From IMG/VR virus record IMGVR_UViG_3300036860_000191, positions 1 through 26,227 of that record: a stretch of DNA of 26,227 bases, one strand, 5' to 3'. The translations under genes and the position numbers were made by a program. The notes beneath the pieces are model-generated. The model did not search any database. It was not told the origin of the DNA and worked only from the letters and a program-made list of their open reading frames with translations. Origin of the DNA: a virus. Lineage: Duplodnaviria > Caudoviricetes. Below are positions 25,892 to 26,227 of this stretch, one piece after another (position 1 is the first letter of the stretch; every line of letters starts with the position of its first letter).

Positions 25892-26075
25892 TGTTGATCT
25901 TCAGTTTAATCCCTCCAATGGGACCGCGGTAGAATTTACCATCCTTCTCCGTCTTTCCCAACCTTAAGGATTCATGCCATTTATCATGCAATTCTCTATT
26001 ATTTATATAAGCTCCACATTGATCACATTCCATAATCAAAGTTTTTCCATCACTAAGCCAAATCGGATTGTACAT
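25881..26075 (-). CDS. Small zinc-finger protein, 64 aa
   Basis: CDQC-x9-HDKWH (C2H2-like). GGAGGT RBS upstream on the minus strand. Confidence 0.75.
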   Translation of the reverse strand: MYNPIWLSDGKTLIMECDQCGAYINNRELHDKWHESLRLGKTEKDGKFYRGPIGGIKLKINTNE

Positions 26076-26076
26076 C

Positions 26077-26226
26077 TTAACCTCCCAAAACCCTTCTCGC
26101 CTTTTCTAGATATTCAATGGCAATTCTAATATTCCTTCCAATATGATCGCTCTTTATCGTATGGCTGGTCATAATTATAGCATCCTTATCATAACTATGT
26201 TGATCCAAATGAGGAAATTTCTTCTT
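26077..26226 (-). CDS. 3' end of a hypothetical protein (truncated by the window)
   Basis: Open frame ...KKKFPHLDQHSYDKDAIIMTSHTIKSDHIGRNIRIAIEYLEKARRVLGG*, stopping 1 nt before the next ATG. Confidence 0.6.
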   Translation of the reverse strand, partial: KKKFPHLDQHSYDKDAIIMTSHTIKSDHIGRNIRIAIEYLEKARRVLGG

Positions 26227-26227
26227 T

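Overview
The window is the packaging and virion-morphogenesis arm of an uncharacterised, AT-rich, podovirus-like tailed phage (Caudoviricetes). The non-coding left end (1-700) holds a poly-T/poly-A inverted tract, five phased 11-bp repeats, an IHF-consensus site and two exact sigma54 (-24/-12) motifs. A GC-rich three-gene operon (708-1550) follows, closed by an intrinsic terminator. A sigma70 promoter (1837-1865) then precedes a tightly packed + strand gene run: probable TerS, small membrane genes, a secreted HEXXH peptidase, TerL, a Cys/Pro-rich exported protein, portal, scaffold, major capsid, decoration and accessory proteins, adaptor, nozzle, a C1q-like fibre, a GNAT and several ejection-type proteins. 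Convergent minus-strand genes start at 25881. I saw no tRNA, CRISPR, integrase, endolysin, tape measure or sheath genes. The three most notable signals are (1) a 383-aa protein with eight tandem TxGxxSWxEFExP strands next to a 148-aa beta domain that looks one strand short, suggesting a donor-strand display scaffold; (2) strong HIP1-like over-representation of CCGCGG (15 copies, about 1 expected); and (3) a sigma54/IHF control region at the genome end. Calls other than TerL rest on motifs and synteny, not database searches.
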